This document shows positions 9,725-19,312 of a stretch of 64,000 nucleotides of DNA, in pieces. Under the pieces are notes generated by a model. That model ran no database searches. It saw only the letters and a program-made list of their open reading frames with translations, and was not told where the DNA came from. The position numbers were made by a program, and so were the translations under genes. The DNA lies in IMG/VR virus record IMGVR_UViG_3300035670_000105, positions 1 to 64,000 of that record; one strand, written 5' to 3'. Origin of the DNA: a virus. How positions within the stretch are numbered: position 1 is the first letter of the stretch; each line of letters begins with the position of its first letter.

Positions 9725-9895
9725 ATGCAAGTCAACAACGCCAACAGCAACGCCTTCACACGCCTCATCGCCAAAGCTCGCCACGAATGGGACATCCTTC
9801 GCTCTGATGAACAGATCGAAGCTGATGAATGGCTGCGTCAACACATGCCATTCACCACCCTGGATCTTGATCTCTTCCTTCTGGACATCAACTGA
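9725..9895 (+). CDS. Small hypothetical early protein
   Basis: Between the hairpin motif (9666-9696) and a terminator-like hairpin (9908-9931) identical to 8306-8329. Confidence 0.55.
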   Translation: MQVNNANSNAFTRLIAKARHEWDILRSDEQIEADEWLRQHMPFTTLDLDLFLLDIN

Positions 9896-10013
9896 TCCCA
9901 CGCACTCCAGCGCTCCCTCACGGGGGCGCTTCCTTACTGCCGCCGCGGCCATTCTCTACATCCCGCCCGGCGGCACCCCATTCATACCACCCCCTCTTCC
10001 CCCTTCACCTCCC

Positions 10014-10400
10014 ATGACTTCCACTTCCGTTCAATCCATCACCCGCAACATCGCTGCTTTCAACTGGGCCGCGGCCATCGAGCGCACTGCCCGCCTGCTG
10101 GCGATCGCCATCGCCTTCACCTACGCCGCTGGCTTCACAGCCGGCGTCCTCGTGCATCAGTTCTCTGCTGCCCTGGCATCCTTCAGCCAGGAACTGCAAC
10201 AGGAGGACTGGCACAAGCGCAGGCTCTCACAACTGCGCTCCCATCTCCTCACCCCACCTCCCCTTCCCCCTGCCCCTATCTCACCTCAACCTGTCCTGAC
10301 GGCTGCTGACACGCCGCCTGCTGGCACCAAGCGCAGCATGCGCAAACGCAGCCGCTCATCCTCCAATCCATCTGCTCCGGCAACTACCGGTGACATCTAA
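10014..10400 (+). CDS. Hypothetical membrane protein
   Basis: MTSTSVQSITRN...LLAIAIAFTYAAGFTAGVLV hydrophobic helix. Confidence 0.55.
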   Translation: MTSTSVQSITRNIAAFNWAAAIERTARLLAIAIAFTYAAGFTAGVLVHQFSAALASFSQELQQEDWHKRRLSQLRSHLLTPPPLPPAPISPQPVLTAADTPPAGTKRSMRKRSRSSSNPSAPATTGDI

Positions 10401-10819
10401 TGCCAACTATCGAAGAACGACTGCACCAAGCTATCCGAGACTTCGGTGAAGAATGCCGAATTCCTGAAGATCCCAATGATCTCTGCTACAGAAAAGACGA
10501 ATTTGACACCTACTGGGTCACAGCAGAAGTCCCCGTAAGTCCATTCGATCTATATCCCAATCCCAACCCTGCCTATAGCGTATGGGAATGCGAGGACCAC
10601 AGCAAAGCTCAAGACTGGAGTGATGTCTCCGACTGGAGACGCAATGAAATCTTCCGATGTGAAAGCGACGACGATGCTGGCAGCAATGCAAAACGCTTGG
10701 CCCATGACAGGGCTAAATACCTGCGCAAACATTCAACCGGAATGCTTTACGCGGTACGACCCAGTTCAGACCCACCTCGCCTGCTGCCCGCCCCCAAGCA
10801 ATCCCCCGCCGCGGCCTAA
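10400..10819 (+). CDS. Hypothetical protein; shares a domain with 21969..22442
   Basis: YSVW...FRCE.D...AH..AKYLRK...AVRP. Confidence 0.65.
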   Translation: MPTIEERLHQAIRDFGEECRIPEDPNDLCYRKDEFDTYWVTAEVPVSPFDLYPNPNPAYSVWECEDHSKAQDWSDVSDWRRNEIFRCESDDDAGSNAKRLAHDRAKYLRKHSTGMLYAVRPSSDPPRLLPAPKQSPAAA

Positions 10820-11358
10820 TCCCCATGAACCACTTCATCTCCATCACCAGCAACGGCGGCTACATCGGCCGCATTGCCTGGACCAATACCGGCGTCCTGC
10901 CCGCACCTGACCACTGGGGCGGCTATGTCGTCCTCAGCGTGAAGAACATCATGGACAGCGGTTGGTGGGGCGACTGCTGGGTGATGCGCGCACTCACCCG
11001 CTAACCCACCCCACCTCAACCCCTTTACCGCCCCTGGAGCCCTGCGCTCCGGGGGCTTTTCACTGCTGTCCATCACCCCCTTCCGTTTCCGCCCCTGACG
11101 GACTACGGTTGCCCTGTGATGACGACCTGACGTTCGCACCCACAGCAGTGCCGCAATCCATGCCACCACGAATCAGTACCAGCGCCCCTCGGCGCCTGGA
11201 GCTGTTCCCCATCGCCAAATCCAAGCCCCAATCACCCCCGCCACAGCAGCAGGGCTGGCCGTCCTGGCTCGCCCTGCTGCTCACCATCACCGGCCTCGCA
11301 TTCACCACGGTTGCTCTACACCGTGAACTGCGCTTCCAGGCCTGCCCGGTGATCGTCC

Positions 11359-11826
11359 ATGGCTGATCGCATCCCTGACGCCATCAGCCAGGCCCACCTG
11401 GCCAGCCTCCTGCAAGGGCGCAGCTCCCTGCCTGAGGTGAGCTTCTCCAAGGATCACCCCAGCGAGATGGGCTTTCTCCTGGCCCTGCTCGTCCACCGCT
11501 CGCTAGACAGGGGCCCAACACAGGCACACCTGGCGCATGCCGTCATGTGCCTGGTGATGACTCTTCAGCACCACCTCTCAGAAGACGCCGCCAAGGCGGT
11601 GGGCAAGGTTCGCGGTCCCATGGACACGATCCTCCCCCTCTTCCTAACGCAACTGGTGTCCCTCACCAAGCACATGGAAGGCCTCACCGACTCCCTGCTG
11701 GACGCCATGCACCACCAGCACGGCTTTCGCTTCGACGGCACCGTCTCTGACGATTTCCTTACCTCCATCGGCATCAGCCGAGAGGAATATGAGGAGTTTC
11801 GTCAGCAATCCAGCCCTAAAAGCTGA
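11359..11826 (+). CDS. Hypothetical protein
   Basis: 155-aa ORF, coupled to an upstream small membrane ORF (11160..11366). Confidence 0.6.
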   Translation: MADRIPDAISQAHLASLLQGRSSLPEVSFSKDHPSEMGFLLALLVHRSLDRGPTQAHLAHAVMCLVMTLQHHLSEDAAKAVGKVRGPMDTILPLFLTQLVSLTKHMEGLTDSLLDAMHHQHGFRFDGTVSDDFLTSIGISREEYEEFRQQSSPKS

Positions 11827-11920
11827 GCTTTTCGTTGATCACAACAAGGTTCCCTCCCCGGGGGCCTTGGTTTTGTGCAGCCAACTGGTGCTGCATCTCT
11901 TTGCTCATTCACAACACACC

Positions 11921-12217
11921 ATGGGCCTCTTCAACTTCAACTTCTCCTCCACCATCACCTCCACCACCGCCACTGCTGATACCAGCAATACCCCTCAGGT
12001 GGTGGAACTGCAACTCAATGAGGAGCGCGTCACCGTCCCGATGACTGAAGCCGAAGGCAAGACCATCGCGCAACTGTTCGCCAGCTACAGCGGTGACTTG
12101 GGTGACATCAGCCGCATCAGCCGCTTCGTGGCTGCTGGCCGCATCGTGGATGCCGACAGCACCCCGGAAGCCGGCGTCGTCTACCGCGGCGCCATCAGCT
12201 CCGAATCCAAGGGCTGA
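11921..12217 (+). CDS. Ubiquitin-like (beta-grasp) protein ending in Gly
   Basis: 98 aa; S/T-rich leader then VVELQLNEERVTVPM...KTIAQLFA...GVVYRGAISSESKG*; first gene of the JAB/E2/E1 operon. Confidence 0.7.
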   Translation: MGLFNFNFSSTITSTTATADTSNTPQVVELQLNEERVTVPMTEAEGKTIAQLFASYSGDLGDISRISRFVAAGRIVDADSTPEAGVVYRGAISSESKG

Positions 12218-12241
12218 ACCCCATCCATCCCTGCAACCCCT

Positions 12242-12269
12242 GCGCCCCACTACGGGGCGCTTTTTCTTT
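12242..12269 (+). terminator. Terminator/attenuator between the Ubl and JAB genes
   Basis: GCGCCCC-ACTAC-GGGGCGC plus TTTTTCTTT. Confidence 0.7.
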
Positions 12270-12284
12270 CCTCACGCCACTCCG

Positions 12285-13334
12285 ATGACTGAACCATCCA
12301 CTTCCGAGCTGCTCCGCACCGCCCGCCACGGCTGCTGGCAGCTCAAACGCAACGCCTGGGGCCAATTCCTGGCACCCACCGATGACCCCCTGGCCAATGT
12401 GGTGCTCTCTGATGAGCAGCTGCAGGGCTTTGAACTCAACGAGGGCATTGCCCCGATTCCAGCGGATCTTTGGAGCCGCTGGGTCAAGCTCTGCTTCCAC
12501 TTTGTCCAGGCCCGCACCAGCAACTTGGAGGTGTCCTGCCGTCTCCTGCGGCATGAAACCGACAAGAGCCAATGGCGCATCCTGGTGCCCCCGCAAGAAG
12601 TCAGCAGCGGCTCGGTCCGCGCTGAATCCTTCGATGGCTCGATCGACATCACCACCGGTGAGGTGATCGAGCAGTGGCCCCCTGATGGCTGGATCCCCTG
12701 CGGCTCCAGCCACAGCCACAACACAATGGCCGCTTTCTTCAGCGGCACCGATAACGAGTACGAGCTGGGCGACCCCGGCTTGCACATTGTCGTCGGCTCG
12801 ATCTCCCTGGCGGCCCGCAACTACACCTACAAGGCGTCGATCACCGCCAACGGCCGCCGGTTCCTGATTGATCTGCCCCTCGTGGCGGATCTCACCCCCA
12901 CCACCGATGACTTCCACCCGGATGTCCTCAAGGTGGTGGAGCTGAAAACCTGGCGGCCTGCTGCAGTCCACGCCCAGCAGTGGACCCGCTCAGCTGGCTT
13001 CACCGATCCCAACGCCGGCAACGGCTACTACCGCCGGCCATCTAGCACACCCCTCAGCGGACGGCTGGATGACGACTGGGATCCGGACTGGGATACCACC
13101 CGGTTCCCCAGCTACGAGAAGAGCACTTTCGGCGAAATCAACACCGCCGATGTGGAAGAGCAGATCAACTGGTTGATCCGCGATGCCTTCTCCATGGGCC
13201 AGGACGCCCACCTGCTTGCTGCCCTGGACCATCTCCGTGAATCCATCGACTTCAAGATCGATGAAATCGTGTCGCTGGATGCGGCGCTTGACGCCAATGA
13301 AGAACTCACCACCTCCCCCTCGCAACAGCCATGA
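12285..13334 (+). CDS. JAB/MPN+ metallo-isopeptidase (PRTRC protein A-like)
   Basis: N-terminal E (NLEVS), VPPQEVS, and GSSHSHNTMAAFFSGTD = H-x-H-x7-S-x2-D JAMM motif; GLHIVVG. Confidence 0.85.
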   Translation: MTEPSTSELLRTARHGCWQLKRNAWGQFLAPTDDPLANVVLSDEQLQGFELNEGIAPIPADLWSRWVKLCFHFVQARTSNLEVSCRLLRHETDKSQWRILVPPQEVSSGSVRAESFDGSIDITTGEVIEQWPPDGWIPCGSSHSHNTMAAFFSGTDNEYELGDPGLHIVVGSISLAARNYTYKASITANGRRFLIDLPLVADLTPTTDDFHPDVLKVVELKTWRPAAVHAQQWTRSAGFTDPNAGNGYYRRPSSTPLSGRLDDDWDPDWDTTRFPSYEKSTFGEINTADVEEQINWLIRDAFSMGQDAHLLAALDHLRESIDFKIDEIVSLDAALDANEELTTSPSQQP

Positions 13335-14623
13335 CCAATCCCTTCTCCCCCCAGCAGCCGCCACGGCTGCATGTCGAACCTCTGCCCACCGGTGCGCTGG
13401 CTGCTGCAGCCGAGCGCCTCACTCACGACAATGGCCAGCCGGTGCTGGACATCAGCGTCTGGCTGCCGAATGAGTGGGCTACCAATGAAGCCCGCGACCG
13501 CAACGGCCGTCGCGTCCACATCGGTGCCACCCACATCGGTGCCACCCGCAGGGTGCCTTCCGAAGACGCCACCGAAGAAGCCTTTGCCTGTTTTGAGCGG
13601 GATGTCTGCTTCAACTGCCGGTACTACTGCACCGACCGTGACCTGGACTGGGACGACGTCGACGACATGGAATGGAATGACGGCGATGGCAACTACTGGC
13701 GACTCAGTGGTGCCACCGCCGACAGCCCCTGTCCTTGCCACCGCGATGGCATCGATGAAGTCAACTGGCCCTGCACGGCCGGCCACGACGAACCTGACCC
13801 CTCGGACTACGAAGACGAAGACGAGGACGAGGACGAGGACGGCGAAGACACTGGTGAAACCATCAATGACGGACTGCTTCACCTCGGCCCGACACGGTTC
13901 ACCACCCGCCGCTACCTCAGCGGTGCCTGTTACACCTACCTCGGCCTACCTCAGCGCTATGAGTTCACCGCTCACCTGCAAAAACTGAGCATCACCGGTG
14001 ACGCCTTCAGCGTCGCCTACACCCGCCGAATGGCGAACACCTTTGACCCCAACCAGACCGTCTGCTGGGGCAATGGCAACACCGTGCCCCAGTCCCTGGA
14101 GGAGGCGGCGGCGGCCTACGCCCAGGCCAATGCCAACGACGACCTCCTCAACGTGCACACCGCTGCACATAACTGCCGGCTAGCAGCAGAGGATCCCACC
14201 CCCTATGAGCTAAACAAGCTCGCCATCGCCCTGCCGCCCACGGCCGATGAAGAGCGCCTGGCCCTCGTGGTGGCCGATGCCGCCACGATGCCCGACGCCT
14301 TCCTGCTGCTGGCGGCTAGCGGTGCTACCACCGGCGATGGCCTCGCCATCGCTGCCGCCCAGTGGGTGAACGCCCTGCCATTGCCCAATGGCCAGCAGTT
14401 CACCGGCTGGGCCACCGCGCCCCTGGCTGGTGGCTGCAGCTGGCTGATCGGCCAGACCGCTGCCACCGGCACAACAGCAGCTCGCTTTGTACTGCTCGGT
14501 CAGCACAACCTCCAATCCCCCACCCCCTCACCTCTTCCAATCCCATGCGACTCGCACGCACTCTCGTCATCGGCTGCGGCGGCACCGGCGGACACCTCGT
14601 CCCTGCCCTTGCCCGTCTGCTGA
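13331..14623 (+). CDS. Prokaryotic E2-like protein (Prok-E2 family D / PRTRC protein B-like) with a Cys-rich N-terminal region and acidic tract
   Basis: MANTFDPNQTVCWGNG resembles the N-x(6-7)-C-W-G catalytic motif; sits between JAB and E1. Confidence 0.6.
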   Translation: MTNPFSPQQPPRLHVEPLPTGALAAAAERLTHDNGQPVLDISVWLPNEWATNEARDRNGRRVHIGATHIGATRRVPSEDATEEAFACFERDVCFNCRYYCTDRDLDWDDVDDMEWNDGDGNYWRLSGATADSPCPCHRDGIDEVNWPCTAGHDEPDPSDYEDEDEDEDEDGEDTGETINDGLLHLGPTRFTTRRYLSGACYTYLGLPQRYEFTAHLQKLSITGDAFSVAYTRRMANTFDPNQTVCWGNGNTVPQSLEEAAAAYAQANANDDLLNVHTAAHNCRLAAEDPTPYELNKLAIALPPTADEERLALVVADAATMPDAFLLLAASGATTGDGLAIAAAQWVNALPLPNGQQFTGWATAPLAGGCSWLIGQTAATGTTAARFVLLGQHNLQSPTPSPLPIPCDSHALSSSAAAAPADTSSLPLPVC

Positions 14624-15267
14624 ACTACCACGCAGCTACCGCGCCGATGGGCGATCGCCATCCCGTCACCGTGATCGACGGTGACACCTTTGAAGAACAC
14701 AACATCAGCCGGCAGCACATCGGCGTTGACCAGATCGGCGTCAACAAAGCCGACTGGCTCGCCGCCCTCTGCCAGCAGCAGGGGCTGCCGGTGGACTCTG
14801 TCCCCAGCTACCTGGACAAGGCGCTGCTGCGCAAGCTGCTGCGCCGTGACGCCAGCCCTGTCCTGCTGGTGGCGGCCGTCGACAACGACGCCACCCGCAA
14901 GCTGTGCATCGATGTGCTGGAAGAATCCAGCCGGGACTTCCTCTTCATCACACCCGGCAATGCCGGCGCGGAGGATCCCGATGCCGCCATCCGCGGCAAT
15001 GTGCTCTGGTATGGCCGCCAGGGGGATGAGGCGATTGGCCTCAACCCCGCCCTGGTGTTCCCAAACATCGAGGAACCCCAGGACGCCATCCCCCGTGAGG
15101 GCAGCTGCGCCACCCAGGCACCATCCTCCCCGCAGTTGATCACAGCCAATGTGCTGGCCGCGGCCTACACGCTCACCGTCCTGCAGAACCTGCTGGATGG
15201 AGCGATCAACACGACCGCGAGCAGCGTCTTCTTCAACGGCCGGCGTTTTGCGCTCTCGGCCTCCTGA
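14545..15267 (+). CDS. E1/ThiF-family Ubl-activating enzyme
   Basis: VIGCGGTGG, IDGDTFEEHNISRQ, NKA, AVDNDATR, GSCA (candidate catalytic Cys), PQLITAN. Confidence 0.9.
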   Translation: MRLARTLVIGCGGTGGHLVPALARLLNYHAATAPMGDRHPVTVIDGDTFEEHNISRQHIGVDQIGVNKADWLAALCQQQGLPVDSVPSYLDKALLRKLLRRDASPVLLVAAVDNDATRKLCIDVLEESSRDFLFITPGNAGAEDPDAAIRGNVLWYGRQGDEAIGLNPALVFPNIEEPQDAIPREGSCATQAPSSPQLITANVLAAAYTLTVLQNLLDGAINTTASSVFFNGRRFALSAS

Positions 15268-15305
15268 TCCTTATCCACCCCACCCCACCCCTTCGCAACA
15301 CGGCC

Positions 15306-15887
15306 ATGACTTCAACCCTTTCCAATCCGCTCACGCCTGATGCCATCCAACTGGGCGACACCATCGTCCAGCTGCAAAGCCTTGTCGAGGCCTATGGCAC
15401 CGTGCTCAACCAGGCCAAGCAGCAGCTGGAGCAGCTGGAGCTGACTCCCGAGCAACTGCGCCGCGTGGAAGAGCGGGCGCATCAAAACATCAACCTGCAG
15501 CGTCTTGCTTGCACACTGGTCAATCAATTCGACGTCAGCAGCTCTGTCGGCACCGACCAGCAAAGAGCCTTTGACGCGCTGCTGGATACCATCGTGCGCC
15601 GCGTCACCAACCGCATCGCCGATGCAACCCTCGCTCGCTTCCGCGATGAAATCCGAGGCCTCGTCGACACCGCCATAGAAGAAGCCCAGGACAGATTCAA
15701 GCTTCAGACTGATTCCTATTTCAACCGCGTTCAAGACCGCCAACTCTCCAACCTCCGAGCTGACAACGATGAAATGCGTAGAACACTACGCCGTGTCCTC
15801 AGTCAAGCCTTCGCTCCAGAAGAGCTAAACGGAATGGCCGTTATCGCCATTCAAGAAGAACCCACCACCAATGAGGTGAACGCATGA
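15306..15887 (+). CDS. Hypothetical coiled-coil protein
   Basis: Helical, Q/E/R-rich ORF directly after E1. Confidence 0.65.
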   Translation: MTSTLSNPLTPDAIQLGDTIVQLQSLVEAYGTVLNQAKQQLEQLELTPEQLRRVEERAHQNINLQRLACTLVNQFDVSSSVGTDQQRAFDALLDTIVRRVTNRIADATLARFRDEIRGLVDTAIEEAQDRFKLQTDSYFNRVQDRQLSNLRADNDEMRRTLRRVLSQAFAPEELNGMAVIAIQEEPTTNEVNA

Positions 15888-16171
15888 GCACCGCTGTCAT
15901 CCACTCTGATCTCCCCGACGATCTGATCAACCTGGCTGAAGGCATCCAACTGGATGCCCTGCTGGATCACCCGGCCACGGTGAACCAAGCAATCCGCTTC
16001 ATCTGCGCCTGCCGCAAGGCGCTGATGGAGGTTCCGCCAGAGCAGATCGACGATGACCTGGCCAGAACAGAACGGGTGATCACCCGCCTGTACGACCGGC
16101 TGGGTTTTGAGCGGCGCCAAGCCGCCTATGCCGACGGGGCCTACCACTCGTCAGCACCCCATCTGAACTAA
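15884..16171 (+). CDS. Hypothetical protein
   Basis: ATGA overlap with the previous gene. Confidence 0.6.
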   Translation: MSTAVIHSDLPDDLINLAEGIQLDALLDHPATVNQAIRFICACRKALMEVPPEQIDDDLARTERVITRLYDRLGFERRQAAYADGAYHSSAPHLN

Positions 16172-16250
16172 CCGCCTGCGGCCCCCACTTCCGGGGGCCC
16201 TTGGGCTGTTGCCGCTTGCAATCCAGCAACGGCTTCAGACCCGATAAACC

Positions 16251-17168
16251 ATGCCGATCAAGAAACGTACCCAAGCCGCTACTGCTACTACCAACGCCAC
16301 CGAAACAACTGCTGCTGCACCCATCGCAGAAGCAGTGGAAGCACCGGTGCGTAAGAGACGCACGCGCAAGAGTGCTGCCGTCGAGGTAGCTCCCGAGCCC
16401 GTGACTCCCGAGCCCGTGGCTCCTGAGCCGGTTGAGGAGCAGCAAAGCCTGGACCTCACCCATGCCAAAGCTGGCGTCCTCGCCATGCCGGTCAACCTGC
16501 CGGCACTCGACGCCCCGGCTATCAACCCCAATGAGCCGGCACTGAGCTACAAGATCGACTTCTCCTGCAAGGAGAGCTGGTTCGTCTCCGCCGATGGCGG
16601 CGCGACCAAGGAGTCAATCGACAGCGCTGTGATCGCCGGTGCACCGATCGATCTCGCGCTGCAGATCAGCAAGGCCAAGAAAGGGCGTCCTGGTTTTGAC
16701 CAGCGCCTCCGCCTGGCGTTCTACCAGCCCAGCCTGGATGGTGAACCCACCCTGGCCGAGCTGAACATCAACGCGGTGAACACCGACCGCGACGGCAATC
16801 TCTATGTCACCTCCAGCGCCCGCTCCCTGGTGGGCGCGCTGCTGGCGATCAGCGACAGCGAGGATGACATCGAGGCCTTCTGCAACGGCGCTCGCTTCCG
16901 CCTGCGCCCAGGCACAGGCAAAGGCATCTTCGTCGAAGTCGATGTCGCCTGCGGCGATCGGTGGGTGGCAATGGCCAACCCGGCCAACACCAACCGCGTG
17001 AGCAAGGAAGCCCATGGCTTCCACAACCAGCTGGCTCTGATCAAGAGCCGCTTCCGCAACTGCGGCCACCTCCTGTCCGCCTGCGCCGTCATCGGCGAGC
17101 TGGAGGACTACGACGCGGAGCAACGGGACCACGACTTTGTCGAAGTTCCCGTCGTACCCCAGTCCTGA
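16251..17168 (+). CDS. Hypothetical protein with a disordered N-terminus and acidic tail
   Basis: 305-aa ORF downstream of a hairpin motif. Confidence 0.7.
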   Translation: MPIKKRTQAATATTNATETTAAAPIAEAVEAPVRKRRTRKSAAVEVAPEPVTPEPVAPEPVEEQQSLDLTHAKAGVLAMPVNLPALDAPAINPNEPALSYKIDFSCKESWFVSADGGATKESIDSAVIAGAPIDLALQISKAKKGRPGFDQRLRLAFYQPSLDGEPTLAELNINAVNTDRDGNLYVTSSARSLVGALLAISDSEDDIEAFCNGARFRLRPGTGKGIFVEVDVACGDRWVAMANPANTNRVSKEAHGFHNQLALIKSRFRNCGHLLSACAVIGELEDYDAEQRDHDFVEVPVVPQS

Positions 17169-17508
17169 TGCGGGTTCTCACCCCGCGACCGGACTGATGT
17201 AAAGGAGATGTGAAAGTCGAATCCAGGGCATCACACCCTTGGTAATGGCTTCCACCATCTCCCGCTATGGCCTCCTTCCGGCTGATGCACCGCGCCACTG
17301 GCGTGGTGCTGAGTGGTTACGTCGTGCTCTCGGCGACTCCCCAGGAGATCGAGAACGCCAACTCCAACCTCAGCCGCAACGGCAGCTCCTACCGGTACAT
17401 CGAAACGGCGACGCCAGCGCAAGCGGCAGTGGCTGAGGCCGCAGCCGAATCAATCGCGCATGCAGCGTGAAACCCCATTCCCTTGGGGAGTTCACTCTGA
17501 CCAGTGCC

Positions 17509-18207
17509 ATGAGCAACACGCTCATCCCGGCCGCCAGCCTGCTGCCTGCTGCCTTTGCCGACGGCAAGCCCGACTTCTACTGGTCCCCCTCAGACCTGCC
17601 TGAGGGGGGCTCGATCAAGCTCTACCTCTGCTCCGAGTTCCACGCCGGCTGGAAGTGGTTCACCATGAACCGCGAAGTCCGCCTCTCGCAGGAGTATCCC
17701 AAGGGGTACGAGAGCGAGATCGGCTACAAGTTCAACCACGGCCCCGGCAAGACCGACAGGGACGGCAAGCCGATGGAAGAGAAAGCCAGCCCGCGCAGCG
17801 TCTGGCTTGCTCGCGCCTGGCTTGTCGAGGAAGAGCGGATGGTGGCTGCCACCATCGACTCTTTCACCCTGCAGAAGAAGATCGGCCTGATCCTTCAGAA
17901 CGAGGAGTTTGGGATGACGCCAAGCGGCATCGTCAACTTCTACCTGACGGTCTTCCGTGACGCCAAGCCGGCAACGCCTGCTGCGACCTATGACGCCACG
18001 GGCAACCTGCGCGTCCTGCGCAACAAGGCTGCCCACGAGGAGGCTGCCAGGGCCTGGTTCCCCGAGAACTACTGGCGCGGCATCAACCCGCTGGAGCCAG
18101 CCACCGAACCGCCTGCCGCGGCCGGCGCTTCACTCCCGCCCACCGTGCGGGATGAGAACGGCGCGGACCAGGAAGTGAGCGTGGGCGACGCCAGCTACGA
18201 GTGGTGA
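17509..18207 (+). CDS. Phage single-stranded DNA-binding protein-like (gp32/gp2.5-type)
   Basis: Aromatic-rich beta core (FHAGWKWF, WLARAW) and an acidic tail ending DASYEW. Confidence 0.5.
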   Translation: MSNTLIPAASLLPAAFADGKPDFYWSPSDLPEGGSIKLYLCSEFHAGWKWFTMNREVRLSQEYPKGYESEIGYKFNHGPGKTDRDGKPMEEKASPRSVWLARAWLVEEERMVAATIDSFTLQKKIGLILQNEEFGMTPSGIVNFYLTVFRDAKPATPAATYDATGNLRVLRNKAAHEEAARAWFPENYWRGINPLEPATEPPAAAGASLPPTVRDENGADQEVSVGDASYEW

Positions 18208-18473
18208 ACGCCGAGGTCCGCCAGGAGATCGGCGGCCATCGCTTCATGGCGAGCCGTCACCGGCCCTGCTGGTGACGGCCCTGCCTTCACGGCACCCCAG
18301 GCCGTGATGGCGTCATCGACCAGCCAACGAATCGCGGCGGGCTGCAACACCAGTGCAAGCTCCGCCAAGCGTTCGCAGCACTGGCGCAGATCCTCGATCG
18401 AGCGCTCCGGCAAGGAGCGCTTGAACTCTTCCAGTACCACCTGCCGTGCCAGTGATGGCTGCATCGGCTGCAT
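18195..18473 (-). CDS. Small helical protein with weak NblA-like pattern
   Basis: SLARQVVLEEFKRSLPERSIEDLRQ...IRWLV. Confidence 0.4.
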   Translation of the reverse strand: MQPMQPSLARQVVLEEFKRSLPERSIEDLRQCCERLAELALVLQPAAIRWLVDDAITAWGAVKAGPSPAGPVTARHEAMAADLLADLGVHHS

Positions 18474-19312
18474 CGGTGTCAACTGCGGTTGGTCGGAGAG
18501 TAACGACTGCGCCCAGTTGCGCAACACAACAGGCAGAATTCCCCCACAACTGCCGTTGCCACCACCCACCTACCCCTCCCATGGATTCACCCGCAACACC
18601 CCCCTCTCTTCCTGAGCTGGAGCGAGAAGCCGCCTGGGCCTCCCGCGCCCTCTGCCACTGCGAGAACCGCGATCCGAACACCCTGGCCACCGCGCTGCTT
18701 ACCACCCTCGACGAGCTGCGCCAGGCCGACATCCCCCATCGCGCTGAACATCCCAGCGCCCGGCTGCTGATCGCCGAGCTGGCGGAACTGGCAGGGCTGA
18801 ACTTTCAGTGGCCCACCGACGCAGAGCAGCAGTGCCGGTTCGCTGTGTCCCGCTACCGGTCCGAGAGCACCTGCATCTCCATCTCCAAGGCTGCCTGACC
18901 CACGCACCCCATCGCCCCATCACCGTGAACATCTCCCAACTGCGCGAGCTGCTGGCCGGCATGGACGGCAAAGCTCGCGTCCTGCTCTATGCCCCGCCCA
19001 ATCCCCACATGGGCGATCAACCGATCGGCCGCCTGCTGCACGTTGCCGTCACCCGCCTCGACGGCAACGTCAACACGATCACGCTGAGCACCTGCCACAA
19101 CAAAGGCACACCGGATGGCGAAGCAGTGTTCACCGGCGAGGCGACGATTTCCGTGGCCAGCGCCTCCAGTGCTGATGGCCACCAGGCTGCTGCAGACAGC
19201 CTGACAGAGCAGCTGGAGACTTCACCGGCCATCAGCGTGAGCAGCTACCTGGAAGGGCAGCAGATGCGCGCTGCCTTTCAGCGGCTCAACAACCTGATCG
19301 CCGGGCAGACCC

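Noticed and set aside
11921-15267. ThiS/ThiF or MoaD/MoeB cofactor biosynthesis, or CBASS Cap2/Cap3
   Set aside because: No thi/moa/sulfur genes, no CD-NTase or effector, the Ubl ends KG rather than GG, and a separate E2-like gene is present
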